Origin: Octopus vulgaris
Lineage: Eukaryota
Assembly: GCA_951406725.2 (NCBI GenBank)
Contig: OX597817.1
Location: 72,974,001 to 73,038,000 of the forward strand
Reading direction: 5' to 3'
Length of the DNA stretch: 64,000 bases
Shown piece by piece: positions 13,348-26,620 of this stretch. The notes beneath the pieces are model-generated. The model had not been told where the DNA came from, ran no database searches, and saw only the letters and a list, made by a program, of their open reading frames with translations. The position numbers and the translations under genes are program-made. Every line of letters starts with the position of its first letter. The stretch's first letter is position 1.

Positions 13348-13560
13348 GAAATATATTACTTACCAATTTGCCATTAAAATACAATTTTTTTCCTGAAACA
13401 CCACAGGCAATTTTCAAGGTTTTATTTAATTTAGGTCTCCTAATCTTTTCCCATGTATCTGTGTTAATTATTGAGATGTCACTGCCTGTGTCCAATTGTA
13501 ATTTTACGTTTGTGTTATTAATTTTTACATACACATATTTTCTTTGAGGCTCATTTGTAT
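13348..13560 (-). pseudogene. Gypsy aspartic protease remnant
   Basis: RKYVYVKINNTNVKLQLDTGSDISIINTDTWEKI contains the retropepsin DTG motif. Confidence 0.9.
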
Positions 13561-13832
13561 TTTTTGTCACCGATAATCCATTTACATGATTTTTTTCTGT
13601 AACCCAGATTTCTTCTGGGTTGTATTTGAATTCTCCAGTTGAGTTTGCTATGCTGTCTGGCAAGTAAGAACCTGAAGTATTTTCAGACTCCTTCAACATT
13701 AATTAATTGGTGTTGCAAAATTGCAGCACGGAGGCCAATAAGTTCTCCATGTTAAATGATTTTCTTATTTGGTTTTTTACCCCCCCCCCCCCCAATTTTA
13801 AACATCAAACACAGGCTTTGAACACATCGCCA

Positions 13833-13992
13833 CTTTATATCCTCGTATTTGATATATAACGAAGCTGGGGGGGGGGGGAGTATATACATGATGCACTACT
13901 ATTACTATTACACAGGACTCAATGCTTGTTTTTATAACAATGAATCAGTCTACCTTTGGTCATTTGGGGGTGGTTGGAATCCTTTCGCAACA
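13833..13992 (-). repeat. 5' LTR (160 bp, ~60-bp internal deletion relative to the 3' LTR)
   Basis: Begins TGTTGCGAAAGGATTCC next to the TSD and ends ...GGATATAAAG followed by TGGCGA. Confidence 0.9.
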
Positions 13993-14093
13993 GTTACTGA
14001 TTTCAGCATTTTCAACATTGGAGTTATGTAAAATATATACGTTTCTGTATGTATATCATTAATTTCTGTGATAACCTATTATTGTACGTGTGC

Positions 14094-14129
<36 letters not shown>

Positions 14130-14415
14130 ATAGCTAAGTGGTTAGAGTGTTGCACTCACTATAGCAAGATCATAGCTTTGATTCAAAGACAGACAGTGGA
14201 TTGTATTTTTGAGCAAAACACTTCATTTCATATTGCTTCAGTCCACTCAACTGTAAATAGCTGACCCTGTGACAGGCATCATTTCATTCAGTGGGAGAGT
14301 TGGTTAGCCCACCAAAGCAGTGGAATGGTGTCATTCAAAAGCTACAGCAATTCAAGAAGTGCATTATGACCAGTGGTGTACAACAACATCAGACAGTCTG
14401 GTTGATACAATGATA
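14130..14415 (+). mobile_element. tRNA-derived SINE with CORE-like body
   Basis: A-box-like TAGCTAAGTGGTTAGAG, followed by TTGAGCAAAACACTT..TTGCTTCAGTCCACTCAACTGTAAAT. Confidence 0.6.
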
Positions 14416-14509
14416 TATAACTGCATCTTAAATACTAACCTGCCACTTCAGGACTAGCTCTGATCAGCTACTGAATCTCCATGAAGAAATACTTCTAACA
14501 TAACTGAGA

Positions 14510-14605
14510 CACTGATATGATTACGCAGAAAACACATGCTAGAGTCTAGCATGTGTTTTCTGCGTAACCATATCAGTGATATAGTCTAGCAGCTAGACTA
14601 TATCA
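14510..14605. repeat. Two adjacent palindromes (34-bp arms and 14-bp arms, each with a 1-nt spacer)
   Basis: 14510-14543 pairs with 14545-14578 with 1 mismatch. 14577-14590 pairs perfectly with 14592-14605. Confidence 0.95.
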
Positions 14606-16063
14606 AAAAGAAGGCAATATGACTGATTGACTAAAACCCATGTACCAACTCTTCAGCTTCTGATTCACTGATGTACTGCCTCTTCACTGCTTGTTCTATA
14701 CAGCTACTACAAAGGTTTTTACTTCTCAGCATTAGCAAGTTCTATTCCAGAACTAACTAGCTCAGAACCATCTGATTTGAGTCAACAAGGCAGGCTTTTG
14801 TTGGTGCCCATGATCAGTTAGAAAAAGCAGCAAAAATCTCTCTCAAATCATACTCAACCATATAAAAAAAAGACACATTGGATGTGGTCCTAATTTTCCT
14901 TCAGATAGTGAAAGGACAAGATGATCATGGTGAGAATGTTTTTGATGATAAGTTTGCTAAACCTTGGCTGTCATGGAACTAAACAATAACAACTGACTTA
15001 ACCATACTTGTTGCTCATAGCACCCTGGTCCTCAACACGGGTCAATATACCAAATCCCAGAATCAACCTTACTGAATTTCCTTCTCATATTTTCCCTGTG
15101 GATATCAACTTAAATTGAACATCAGCTGCAAAGGGTCTGCAAATGTCATAAGCCCTTCTACTTTCTCCCAACTCAGAGTACTGTAAGCTAATTTTTATTT
15201 TTTATCTTTTACTTTTTCAGTTATTGGACTGCAGCCATTCTGGAGCAACACCAAGATGGGTTTAATCAAATAAATCAACCTAAGTACTTATTTTATCAAT
15301 TTCTGAATTGGTAAATTACAAGACCATAAACAAACCCACACCACTTGTCAAGCAGGTGTGGAGGGATTCACAGAAACACACACACATGTGATGGACTTCA
15401 CTTCCACACAGCTTCCATTTACCAGATTCACTCACAAGGCATTGGTTGGCCCAGGGCTAAGTAGAAGACACTTGCCCAATGTGCTCCACAAGGGACTGAT
15501 CCCAAAGTCAGCCATGTCTAAAATTTATTTTTAAAAAGTAGAACATTAAATTTTTTTAAATAAATTGTTGTAAGGAAGTATAAACTGACTCTCTTAACCC
15601 CAGTAAACTGTAGTTATTACTTTTTGTACTCTATAATCTTACCCCTTGAGAAATGAATATCAACTCAATCTCAGGACAAAATTTGAACTCTTGTCAGTCT
15701 ATTTTCTGTGCCATTCAACTTCTTCCCCCTCACAGCAACAGCCACCACCACCCTTAACTTTATTAGTACAAACGCTGTGCTTAATTAACATTGGTTCAAC
15801 AATTATCTGTGAGGGGATGTATTTATCATTTCTTAGAAAATCAAATATCCAATATTAGTAGCAAGTCAATATATACAGAATATATTGGATCTGATTTAAT
15901 TACTTTACATTATCTTTATATATAAATTCAATATTGAACTCTTGATCTATCTGATCTGGAATCAAGCTTAGGGAGGGAAGGAGAAAAGAGAGAGAGAGAG
16001 AGAGGAATGTTGGTGACAGAAGAAAGATATGAGAGTGAGATAGATGAAAGAATAGAGACTGAT

Positions 16064-16112
<49 letters not shown>

Positions 16113-16394
16113 GATGGGGTATGTGTTTGTATGTGCATGACAGAGTGAGAAATGATGTGTGTGTGCATGAAAGTGAGAGATAATGTGTGTGGTGTGTGTC
16201 AGAAAGATGAGATAAAGGAGAGAATGTGAGAGATATAGATGAGAGGAAAGGAACTAAGAGAGAGTAATGAATGAGATGAGAAAGAACAAATATATAAGAA
16301 AGATACAAAACAGATGAGAGAGAGCAAGTGAGAGAGATTTGCTTGTAGTCATTCATGTGGTGGAGTAGATGAAATGGTAGAACAACCACTAGAC

Positions 16395-16654
16395 CAGTGA
16401 CTCTCAACCATTTTTTTTTTTTTTTACCTATGGACCCCTTTGATTCCTATTTATTTAGATTGACCTTCCTGGTCATTCGATGTTTAAAAAATCCTATAAT
16501 ATATTTACAATTAAATATTATAAGGAATTGTATAAAAAAATTTTTATAATTTGTGCATTGTAGAAGTATAACTAATTTATTGCACATTAATTTTAATGAC
16601 AAAATCGTATATGGACCCCCACCAAGGCCAGTTGAACCCCAGTTGAAAATACTG
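16395..16654. mobile_element. hAT-Charlie MITE with 8-bp TSD
   Basis: Imperfect TIRs CAGTGACTCTCAACC and GTTGAAAATACTG. Exact TSD CACTAGAC at 16387-16394 and 16655-16662, close to the Charlie NTCTAGAN preference. Confidence 0.88.
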
Positions 16655-16984
16655 CACTAGACTAAAGGTCTGAGAGTATTTAAACCTGTTCTGTGTTGTG
16701 TTTTAAGTTCAAATCCTGACAAATCTATATATATATAGTTAGTCACACATTGAAAGCAATCCAATCAATTGTACATTTCTCCTCCACATTCAATAATGAA
16801 ACGCTAGAAGTAGCAGACAATTATGCTTTAGATTACACCCTGCTATCTTAAAAGAAGGACTGAAACTTTAGATAATGTAGATGCGAATGCACTTTGGAAA
16901 AATAAAGATAAGATAGTTGTGCTGGAATAACTTCCATCATAAAGCTGACCTGAAACTTAGTTTAGTTCCTTCTGCTCCCAATGG

Positions 16985-17330
16985 ATCAAGTGATTAAAGA
17001 TCTCCATTCAGAACAGATGCATGTCTTGACACGAGCCCTCTCTTATACTAAGTTCATATCTACTAGGCCCTGCTCCACAATCCACAAACATGTCTTGGCA
17101 AGTTTGCCTTGCCCTGTACACTCCCACCTCTCTAAGTTCCACAAGAGAGAGGCACTGACTGATTTCTTCATGGGCATGAGTAGCACATGACCCAACATCT
17201 TCATCTGTTTAACTGTGATGGTATTGAGTAGGTTACTCAGTCTAACTCTTTCCCCGATTTCTTCATTTGTAATGTGGTTCTAAAGCAACAGCTACAGAAA
17301 ACAACTGCAGTACTCTAGATTCTGTTGGAC
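16985..17330 (-). pseudogene. Old RTE-clade LINE ORF2 C-terminal fragment
   Basis: Manual translation NHITNEEIGERV..QMKMLGHVLLM..SLLWN..GQGKLAKTC..VEQGL..EWRSLI matches the RTE motifs (I.NEE, W.GHV.RM, AL.W, GRP..TW, WR). Confidence 0.75.
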
Positions 17331-20300
17331 TTTTCCAAATCTAGCAAGCATAAGTTACCACTGGTACAACAACTGATATATGCTGGTAGAATTTGGTGTC
17401 TTGTTTAGCAGGTAAGCAACTTTGACAAAGCAGACAGAAGGATGGTGAAAATTATGAAGTAGACATGAAGAAGAGAGTACTAGAACTGATGTGATTGACT
17501 TGTACCTTCAAGTACTGGTGTCACAAAGTACTGGTGTCACAGCATTGCCACAGACCAATAATTGAAACCAGTAAAAGAGAATTCACCATAAGGTGAATCT
17601 TTGTTGTGGTGTTAGGGTTTGTATGCTTCAATGAATGTGAGAGCTATACTGACAGAGCACAAGCCTCCAGAGGATAGACGCCAGACTAATATAGACCACA
17701 TCTTCCCAGAAGAACAGCCTAGAATCAAGAACAGTGAAAAAGTCCCCAATGACCTATGCTCCAAAGGGAGCAAAGGGCTGAAGTAATTTTTAAAAAATGA
17801 GAGAAAATAAATATGTGAAAATAAGGTGAGTGTAAAAGTAATATAAGAGCAGTATAATAGATATAAGGTAGACCTACTTGATCAAGGCACATTACACCAT
17901 TACTGATGAACAATTGTATTCTTGGCAGTATGACCTGGATATCTTCTGATTTAATTTTTTTTTTTAGATTTTATTTTACCACTGCATAGATTTAGTTAAA
18001 ATTTTGGCAAGAAATAAGAAAAGGAAAAAACATAAATAGATAAATAAATTTTAAAAATAATACATAACTGAAAATGTAATAAGTAAGAATGATGAATTTT
18101 TTTGAGGAAAGAGGAGAATAAAAAGAGAAGCAAAAAAGAAAATTGGCTCTAGTTAAAGTGATAAGTTGGAATTAAGTAAATAATAACTTATTTATTTATC
18201 TCATCCCCACCTCTCTCCTTCAAGTAAACCTAGTTGAAATCAATTTGCTCCTCTCAGTATATTATTGGTACTTTTTTTTTTATCAACTCCCAGTCGAATT
18301 AAATGCTAATCACTATAACAAAGGGATAGAAAAATATCAACAAGATAGCTCATGCAATAAATTAGGATAGGATTTTATTTAATCTTCTTGATTTTTTTAG
18401 TTTTATTTATATTTGTTTGATTAATGAAATAAAGATGTGTATATGGGCAAGCTTTAGGAGGGTTATGATGTTTATATTATTATGTTGCCTGAAAACAAAA
18501 AAAAAAGATATAAAGAAAATACATTCATATTGATTTTATTATCCTCTAATTGATCATTTACATTCATAATAGATTTCATAGTTGAAAGGTTGTTGTTGTT
18601 GTAGTTGATTAGGTCCAGGTCAGAACTGATTGATCAAAGGTATTCAAACTGCGACCATCTCATGAGTTGTTTTTAAAATGTATAGCGAACACTTCTTTAA
18701 CCCAAGTAAGGGATGATTTGTAAAAGATGTGACTGCTATATCATGCAGTTTGAGTGACTACAGAGACATTCCTTCACTGATTTGTGCAGAAGTTATATCA
18801 TCAATAAGTAATTTTGCATACTACAACAGAACTGATATTCTAAAACCAAGGTGCTACATAATAAGCATTGATGTGGGTGATGGTGCCAGGTAAAAAGCAC
18901 CCAGTACACACAGTAATGTTGGCATTAGGAAGGGCATCCTGTTGTAGAAACCAAAACAGATTATGGAACCAGGTGCAGTCCCTGTCAAGCCATCCAACTC
19001 ATGCCAGCATGGAAAGCAGATGATGATGAATGATGAAGCAGTTATAGTCGTTTAACTTAAATTGTACAGACTTGTAATCAAAGACATTCCAGCTGGGTTT
19101 TTAAAGGGTTTGTGTATTTTGGATTACATTATCTAAATGTCCTTCCTTTTAGAAAAGATTATCGGATGTGATTTTAACAGGAGATTTAATTGCTACTTCT
19201 AGCATTTCCAGCAACTGCATAGAGGCTTCCTTGGCTCCTCATTGGTGAATGTTTATGTTATTTAGCCTTAGTCATTTCTGATCAAGTGAACCTAACATCC
19301 CAATATTTTTGTATATCTAGGATATCATTAGCCAATGTATCCTATTTCTTTTAAACAGAAAGGTATGATTTGAAGGAGTTCAGATGCTATATCTAACAGA
19401 GTATTAGTCTACTGGCTGAACGAATGACAAGTCACATCTTATCAGTAGCAAACTTTAGTGGTGCCTGGCAAACAAATTCAAGTGTCAGTGGTTTGGTAAT
19501 TTGAAGTATTAAGTTCTAATTTCAAGATTAATTTACACTTGAAGCTGTATCTTACATTAGTATTTATATGGTAAAATTATTAAGGTGTCACACAAAATGT
19601 TCTATGTTATTTAGTATTGGTTGAGTTCAAATCACTTTAAAACCATCTTTGGCTTTCATCTTCCAGGAAAAGAGATGCTAAAATAAAGCACCAGTCAATT
19701 TAATCAGAGCCAATTTAATTGAATATATCCCACTTCAAAATATGTAGACTTGTATCAATGTTAGAAACCAAGTAACTATAGTAACTATATGTTCTTCCTG
19801 CACAAGATACCATTGTATATATACAGTATCTTTCCATGTCAATTTTAGATTGCCTAATCGCAATTTTTCTTTTATCTTTCAAAACCTGCATATTCTCTCA
19901 GTCTGTTAAGTATGATTATGTTTAGCTAAGGAGGCCTAATAAAATTGAAACATGTTTGGAGGTACCGCAATGAATATAAAAAATCAGAGTAACTTTCCAC
20001 TGCCTCTCTTTCTTCAATTTTTAATGAACTTGTATTTCAGAGATATTTCTCCTGGCTACCTAGTTTCTTTTTAGCCATACCTACAGGCATTGAGATTATG
20101 GGCCCTCTTGAGATTATGAGATTACGGACCTTCCTGTAGCCAGCTATAAGGACATCAAGTATCTACTCCCTCTGTCTTCCCCAGCTTCTTTTTTCTTTTA
20201 GTTTTTCAGTTGTGATTTGGGTTGATAAAAAGTTTTCTGGTGGTTTCTGCTCATTTTAGAAATTCACATTTGTTTCTCTACAGTATATTGCCAGCATTCA

Positions 20301-22882
20301 TCCAAGGAGCCATATCTCTGTAGCATTGATGAGCTCTTAACCTTGTTTGTTGACTACTCAATACAAAATAGAGAAGTTGCAGACTCATTTTATCTACATA
20401 TGGGTGCAAACACAGCCATGGGGTTAAGTAGGTTTCATAACCAAGTATTTCAGGGATGAATCCCGTTGCAATGCAACTTGAATTTGAGCAAGTGTCTTCT
20501 ACTATAGCCACTGCTCAAGCAAAGCTTTGTGAATGAAAATTGATATTTTAGTAGATGGAAACTGTGCAGAAGCCTATTGGATGCATATTAGTATGAAGTG
20601 AACTAAACTGATGCAGTGCAAAGCAAAAAAGAAAACATCTTGCTGTGTTAAGTGTCATCTAGGTTATGTAGCTCAATACCAAAGTTAATTAGTTTTATGT
20701 CCATCATGGCTGCGGTTCATTAACCCAAACCAGCAAAAAGCAAACAGAGAATGCTAACAAAACTTACAATGTAGAAATGTTTCTAATAATACAATATCAA
20801 AGTACACTAAACTAAAGAGATGCGGAAAAAAAAAAAGGAAAGGGAAAAAGTATTTTAAAGAAACTTTTTAACCTAAGACATGTGTGTGTGTGTGTGTAGC
20901 TACATAAAGTGACAAAACTTGGTGAAGGATAAAAATCATTCAACCATATTTTAACCTTTTCAAGTCTATGAAATCTGGATGCATTTATATTAACTTTGAC
21001 ATATCACTATCTAAACTTTAAATCCCCAATGTCGATAAGATAATGTTTCGAAACGAAATAACAGGTTATGACATATAGCTATTACAACAGTAAATCATTT
21101 TGATGAGATAACCTCTTTCTCTCTCTCTCACACACACAAGTGTACAGCAGTCTGTAGCATACATAATGGTTACAACTCACATATAAACTGTCTTGTCATA
21201 TCCTTTTGTCAGTGATATAACTTATTAATTCCAGTTCGCAGCTAATGAAATGGTAGGTAGCATAGTATCTACAACAACTAATCCATGTAGCTATTAAGCA
21301 CACACAAAAGCACAGAGTAATGTTTGTAAATTTGCATATGTCAATTTGCAAAGTTTACTAAACAACTTTTACAGACACAGGCCATTATTAGTTTCCTCAG
21401 ACTCTGGGTTTTGTTTACTATAAAACTCTTTAAACAGAAAAGTAGCAAATTCATTATCTATATGTGAGTGCAGTCATGAAGTTGAGGCATTTCACAATCA
21501 TGTAGTTCAGGGGGTCAATCCCAGTACAATGCAGCTTGAGTGAGCGTCTTCTGTCATAGCCATAGATAATAATAATACCATATATAATATCAGTTATATA
21601 AGGAAAACTGTATCAGCATATTACATTATCAAATCATCAGAGATTGTATAACACTTAAAAACCTTTAAGATTTATACCATAACACTTGAGACAGTGTTAT
21701 GGCAGGAAGGTATGGTATCATAGGATGCATCATATCAGGGTGCAATACAAGTGGCACTATAACAAAGTGTTCACAACACTCTCACTCTGGAATAAGAGAA
21801 CACAAACACCATCAGCAGGGAAAAACAATTGAGTTTACAAGTGGAGGAGGAAAACTATTGACCACAAGCAAGAAGAATAAGCAGTTTACTACAAGAGGCT
21901 TAGTCATGGGATATGAAAGTAGAACCTGTCTTCATTCATTATGTTAACCTATCATTATTCCCCTCTCTAACTAGCCCTCACTCCCCTCTACACTCTTGCA
22001 ACTTCAACCCACCTGCACTCCCCTGTTCTATTCCCATTCACTTCTGCTCACCTCATATCTTCAGGATCTACCCTGACATCTCATTACCACTATTTAATCT
22101 CTCTAGTTCCACCAGGGTCACTCCCATCCTCTCTTCTACAATGTGAGTGACCATGTTGCTCCTCTGCAAGAAGAAACCTGTTTTGGTTCTTTCTTCCATA
22201 TTTAACCACTCATTTAGTATAAAGTCACCTCCCTCTCTACTGTAGTCCCACTCAACCGAAGGGGGAATGGGCCTTGTAAGCTGCACAGCAAGCTCAATAG
22301 TGCTGATGCTATGAAAAATTGGTGTTAAGAAGGGCATCTAGCTGTGGGAAGTATGTCAAAACAAACACTGGAGCATGATGCAGTCTTTGGACCTGTTGGT
22401 TTCCTTCAAATCATCCCAGCCATGTCAGCATGGAAAAGGGATGTTAAAAGATGATGTTTGTTGATGATACACACACACACACACATGTTCGTAAAAGCTT
22501 AGAGTGATGATAAAAAGAACAAAAAGTATAAACAATAGAGATTTGAATATATTTAAAAATGCTTTTACATCAAGTATAAGGTAGGATTTCCAACCAACTT
22601 TTTTTGGCTCACTTTATCATATGCAGAAAATTATACAAAATGTAGAACATAAAATTCCAGTAAATTTTGTTCATAATAATGTTATGTCAAGTGGATATTT
22701 CAATCTTATAAACAAATGCCATAATTGCTGATAATAGAATATTATGAACAGAAATCAGTGCTAATCTTGATTAACTAATAACTATTTAATTAAATGAAAT
22801 GCATTTTTTTAGACTAATTATTTGGATAACTACAAGTAGCAATCAATACAAGTCAATATCTCAACATTAGACATAATAATAA

Positions 22883-23297
22883 TTCTTTCTACTATAGGCA
22901 CAAGGCCTGAAATTTTTAGGGAGGAGAATAGTCGATTACATTAACTCTACTACTTGACTGTTATTTATTTTATTGACCTGAAAGGATGAAAAGCAAAGTT
23001 GACCTTGGTGGAATTTGAACTCAAAATGTAAATCTGGGAGAAAATCCACAATGCATTTTGTCTGACATGCTAACGATTCTCCTAACTCACTACCTAAATA
23101 GTAATAATCCTTTCTACTATAGGCACAGGGCCTGAAATTTAGGGGAGGGGTTAAGTCGATAACATCGACCCAATACTATACTGGATGAAAAACCAAGTTG
23201 ACCTCGGTGGAATTTAAACTCAGAATGTAAAGATGGATGAAACGCTGCTAAGCATTTTGCCTGGCATGCTAACAATTCTGCCAGTTCACCACCTTAA
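22883..23297 (-). mobile_element. Tandem pair of tRNA-derived SINEs
   Basis: Two head-to-tail copies (about 22883-23097 and 23108-23297) of the array family, joined by an AAT-rich linker. Confidence 0.85.
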
Positions 23298-23902
23298 TAA
23301 ATATGAGGGTCGATTCATATGAAAAAGAAAGTGAGCAAAATGAAATACTTATAGAAAATATTGTATAGAATTTGAGAAGTGTTTTGAATGCTTTCAATGA
23401 TGGCAGGTAAACTAAACGTACTGTGGTTCATTGTGTGATATAAAAAATATGATTGCTTGCTTATTGCGAAATTTGTAAGTTCAATTTTTATTTTTTTAAG
23501 TATCACCATTGTAGTTATTTATACTCCAGTGAAATTAAGAAATCAACTCATAAATAAACGAAACCTTCGAATTCATCACTACACACACACACATACACAG
23601 TTGCATATCTATATATGTATTTAAATATGTTTGACTATAATCAAACCAAATTTTCATCATTTTGAGCCACTTGCCCAGTTTTTCTGAAAAATTTGGTGAA
23701 AATCCGTTCAGCTGTTTTCCAGTAATTTTGCAAACACACAAAGACAAGTGATTACAATACCCCGCTTTCACTTATGTGTGCAGGTTAATAATAATAATAA
23801 TAAAGGTTTCTTGCATTGACAGAATTGCTCAACATAAAAGACAGGATGCTCATTAGCCCAGCTCAATCCTTAGTTGTAAACATTTATGATAAGGATTACA
23901 GA

Positions 23903-24306
23903 CAGGGCCAGGTTAAGACCCATTGAGGCCTTAAGCACTTAAAAGATCTTGGTGCCACCATATATATGTAATTCAAAATTCAAACAATAAGTCATGAAAT
24001 GATTTTTTTTTTTTTGTTTTTCAAAATGAAACCAAACTAAGAGCAAGAAGGGAGAAATTGCTTATTTTATCTTTTTATGCTCCCACTTTATATTTCAAAA
24101 GTTTTCTCCTACTTTTTTCTAATTGTAAAGTCTTCGATCAAATCCTCACTATGACACCATGAAATTATATTTCCAATCATATACACTATCTCAAATATTA
24201 TTTTAGTAAATTTAAAGTAATTTCTTATGTACCATACTACGGTGCTCCCACTTCCATTGATGCCTTAAGCACATGCTTATTTTGGTTAATGGTTAATCCA
24301 GCGCTG
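23903..24306. mobile_element. hAT-type non-autonomous element with 8-bp TSD
   Basis: Imperfect TIRs CAGGGCCAGGTTAA and TTAATCCAGCGCTG, subterminal GCCTTAAGCAC repeats, and exact TSD ATTACAGA at 23895-23902 and 24307-24314. Confidence 0.88.
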
Positions 24307-25149
24307 ATTACAGATTGTCACTGAAGACAGAAAGAATACCAGATAATTAAAAGTTTCATAAGCTTGTAGTGTTGAGTTCAATTTCTACTGCATTTAAAAA
24401 AGCAATAGATCACATGTATGATTGCATTAAAAAAAATAAAACATCAGTCCTTAGGGGGTACACAAACAATACAACAGGTTATAATTCAAATAGGGGTGAT
24501 AGGGTAAAGCTCATTATCCTTTTAGAATCTTCAAGAGTGATAGAAGAAAGAGGGAAGAAACTAAAACTTATCAGGCACAGCAGATACAATGCACTTCTGC
24601 AGTTTGTATCTACTCAACTTTATTCATAATGTAGAAGTCAAACAAAATCTATTAGAGACTAGCCCAAAGTTCTGTACAGTAAGACTGAACTCAGAACCTG
24701 TGATTGTGAAATAAACTTCTTAGTTACATGACCATGGCTCTGCCCTGATAGCACCCATGCAATGCATGCATACATAAATAAATAAATAAATACAGTTCAA
24801 CAAAAATACATTGATTTGATGAAAAATTATTTTTGAAAATCTCCTCATAGTTATTTAACATTTAGGAATCAGTTTCCAAGTGGTCTAATTGCTGATAGGA
24901 AATTTTTCTCAGTTTATTTCAAAATTAAAATACAAATGATAATTTCAAAACAGCCGTGACATTTCCTTACTCGTTTCTTTCTTATCTTAATTTTTTTCTT
25001 ATCTAATAAGACAAACTGATTCCAATTTTAAAAATTGTTGGTAAAAACAAAATCTCTATATTTCATTTCTGCTTTGGAAAACACTTTTGTATTCTGTCAA
25101 TTTATATATTATTTCATATAGCCTTTATCTCTTTCCATTGCAAATACAG

Positions 25150-26620
25150 TAGTTCAGAAGATTCTATTGCTAATTTCTCAAAACCAGTTTGGAATGAGTG
25201 ATATGTCTAACATACATCTCTTCAGATAAACAGCACTCCTTATCATAGTAACGCTAATTATATTTCTGAAATAACAGATTTCATCAAACACTTTTGTAGA
25301 TTCTCCTATGTAAAGAATGTTAACATCCATCATTCATCAGAGAATTGCTATGTCATACAATGTAGCTTGTCAATACTTGTCTTGTAATGCACTTGACATA
25401 TGAATTCATTACTTTTACATTCTGTATATGGAATTAAAATAGTAGAGGAATAGTATAGCAGAGGGTGGGCTTCCATCAATTATAGACATCTTTCCATCAG
25501 GTACAGTTATAGAAAGAGTGCAGTTGAATGGATTGACAACATAATGTAACCATTACTTACTTATTTCAGAGAAAGGAAAACAAAGTCTTCCCCAAAACCT
25601 TCATTTCTATAGATTTCAGACACCTTATGAAAAGCATAAAAAGTTGACCTCAACATGATTTACATTGAGAACACTAAGTAAAACAAGGATTTGACCTCAG
25701 AGCAATCATTACACTAAATTAGTCACAATAATATATCTATTTTGATATTCTGCAGTGTTGTTGATTTTTCTACCAAATATCAGTGCTGGCAAATTTAAGT
25801 AAATAACAGGAGCTAATTTTAATATAGCCTTCAATACAGTTAGGGTATCTAAACCTAAACCCACACAAACTTGCTCACAAATTATATTACAGGACTGGGA
25901 CTTAATGAAGAATGCATAATTTGATAGATCAATAAACTACAAGCATATCCTGGATGGATATCCAGGGTTTAGCAGCAATGAACATTAAAGCAACAACAAA
26001 GAAACACCCCATTATTAAACCAGTCATAGCATCTCCTTAAAGTCCCTTGACCTACTATAAATAACAGCCAAATTCCCTTCAGATTACAAAAGTATCTTTA
26101 AAGAAATTTAATGTAGTTCATCGAGATGCCATATCTTAAATGAAAATGTAATAAGACAGGATGGTTACAACAGGAATGCATCTAATAGAAAGTCAGCTTG
26201 ATCAGGCGTGACTTGGGATTAATCAACAACTCTCTATTATAAAAGTAAAATAAGTTGATAAACTTAGATATACCTCTGTCGAAAATTGTATTCAAATATT
26301 TGCAAGCAGTCATCTCAAGTTCATAGTAACTTATAATCTTGAATGACATTAACATTTGGTATTGTCAGATAACCAGCTTATATCATAAGCTTAACTAGTA
26401 GCTTCTTTCTGACTACATTATCTTCAAGTGTCATCTTTGCTATCCTATCTTATCCATACTCAATCTATTCAATTATTTCTAGAGAACTGTTATTTCCTTG
26501 ACTTTTAACTTTTCACCAAGGACTTATTATTGATTTTTTGCTTTTATATTCTGTTCAGTAAAAATCTCAAAATCTGCTTTGTCATCTACATTCTTGATCA
26601 AGATATTTCCTCACATCAAT
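25150..26620 (-). pseudogene. Possible ancient CR1/L2-like LINE relic
   Basis: Weak but colinear motifs: DDKADFEIFTEQ..LNRLSMDK (~26400-26600) and DVNILYIGESTKVFDEI (~25270-25335, resembling VDVIYLDFSKAFD.V). Many stops. Confidence 0.3.

Larger units (their letters stand above)
11279..13992 (-). mobile_element. Ty3/Gypsy LTR retrotransposon (K02A2.6-like pol), both ends present, internally deleted
   Basis: Two homologous LTRs and a 5-bp TSD GTTAC (11274-11278 and 13993-13997). PPT AAAGAGAAGATAGGGGAGA at 11502-11520. PBS-like TGGCGA follows the 5' LTR. Protease, RNase H and integrase occur in Gypsy order. Confidence 0.93.

Noticed and set aside
14130-14200. tRNA-like sequence
   Set aside because: No closed cloverleaf or acceptor stem, and it continues into a SINE body.
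15928-16407. 159-aa ORF
   Set aside because: It arises from a GA/GT-rich low-complexity tract.
17903-17950. C/D box snoRNA-like TGATGA...CTGA
   Set aside because: Too short (about 45 nt), no terminal stem, and on the strand opposite the putative host transcript.
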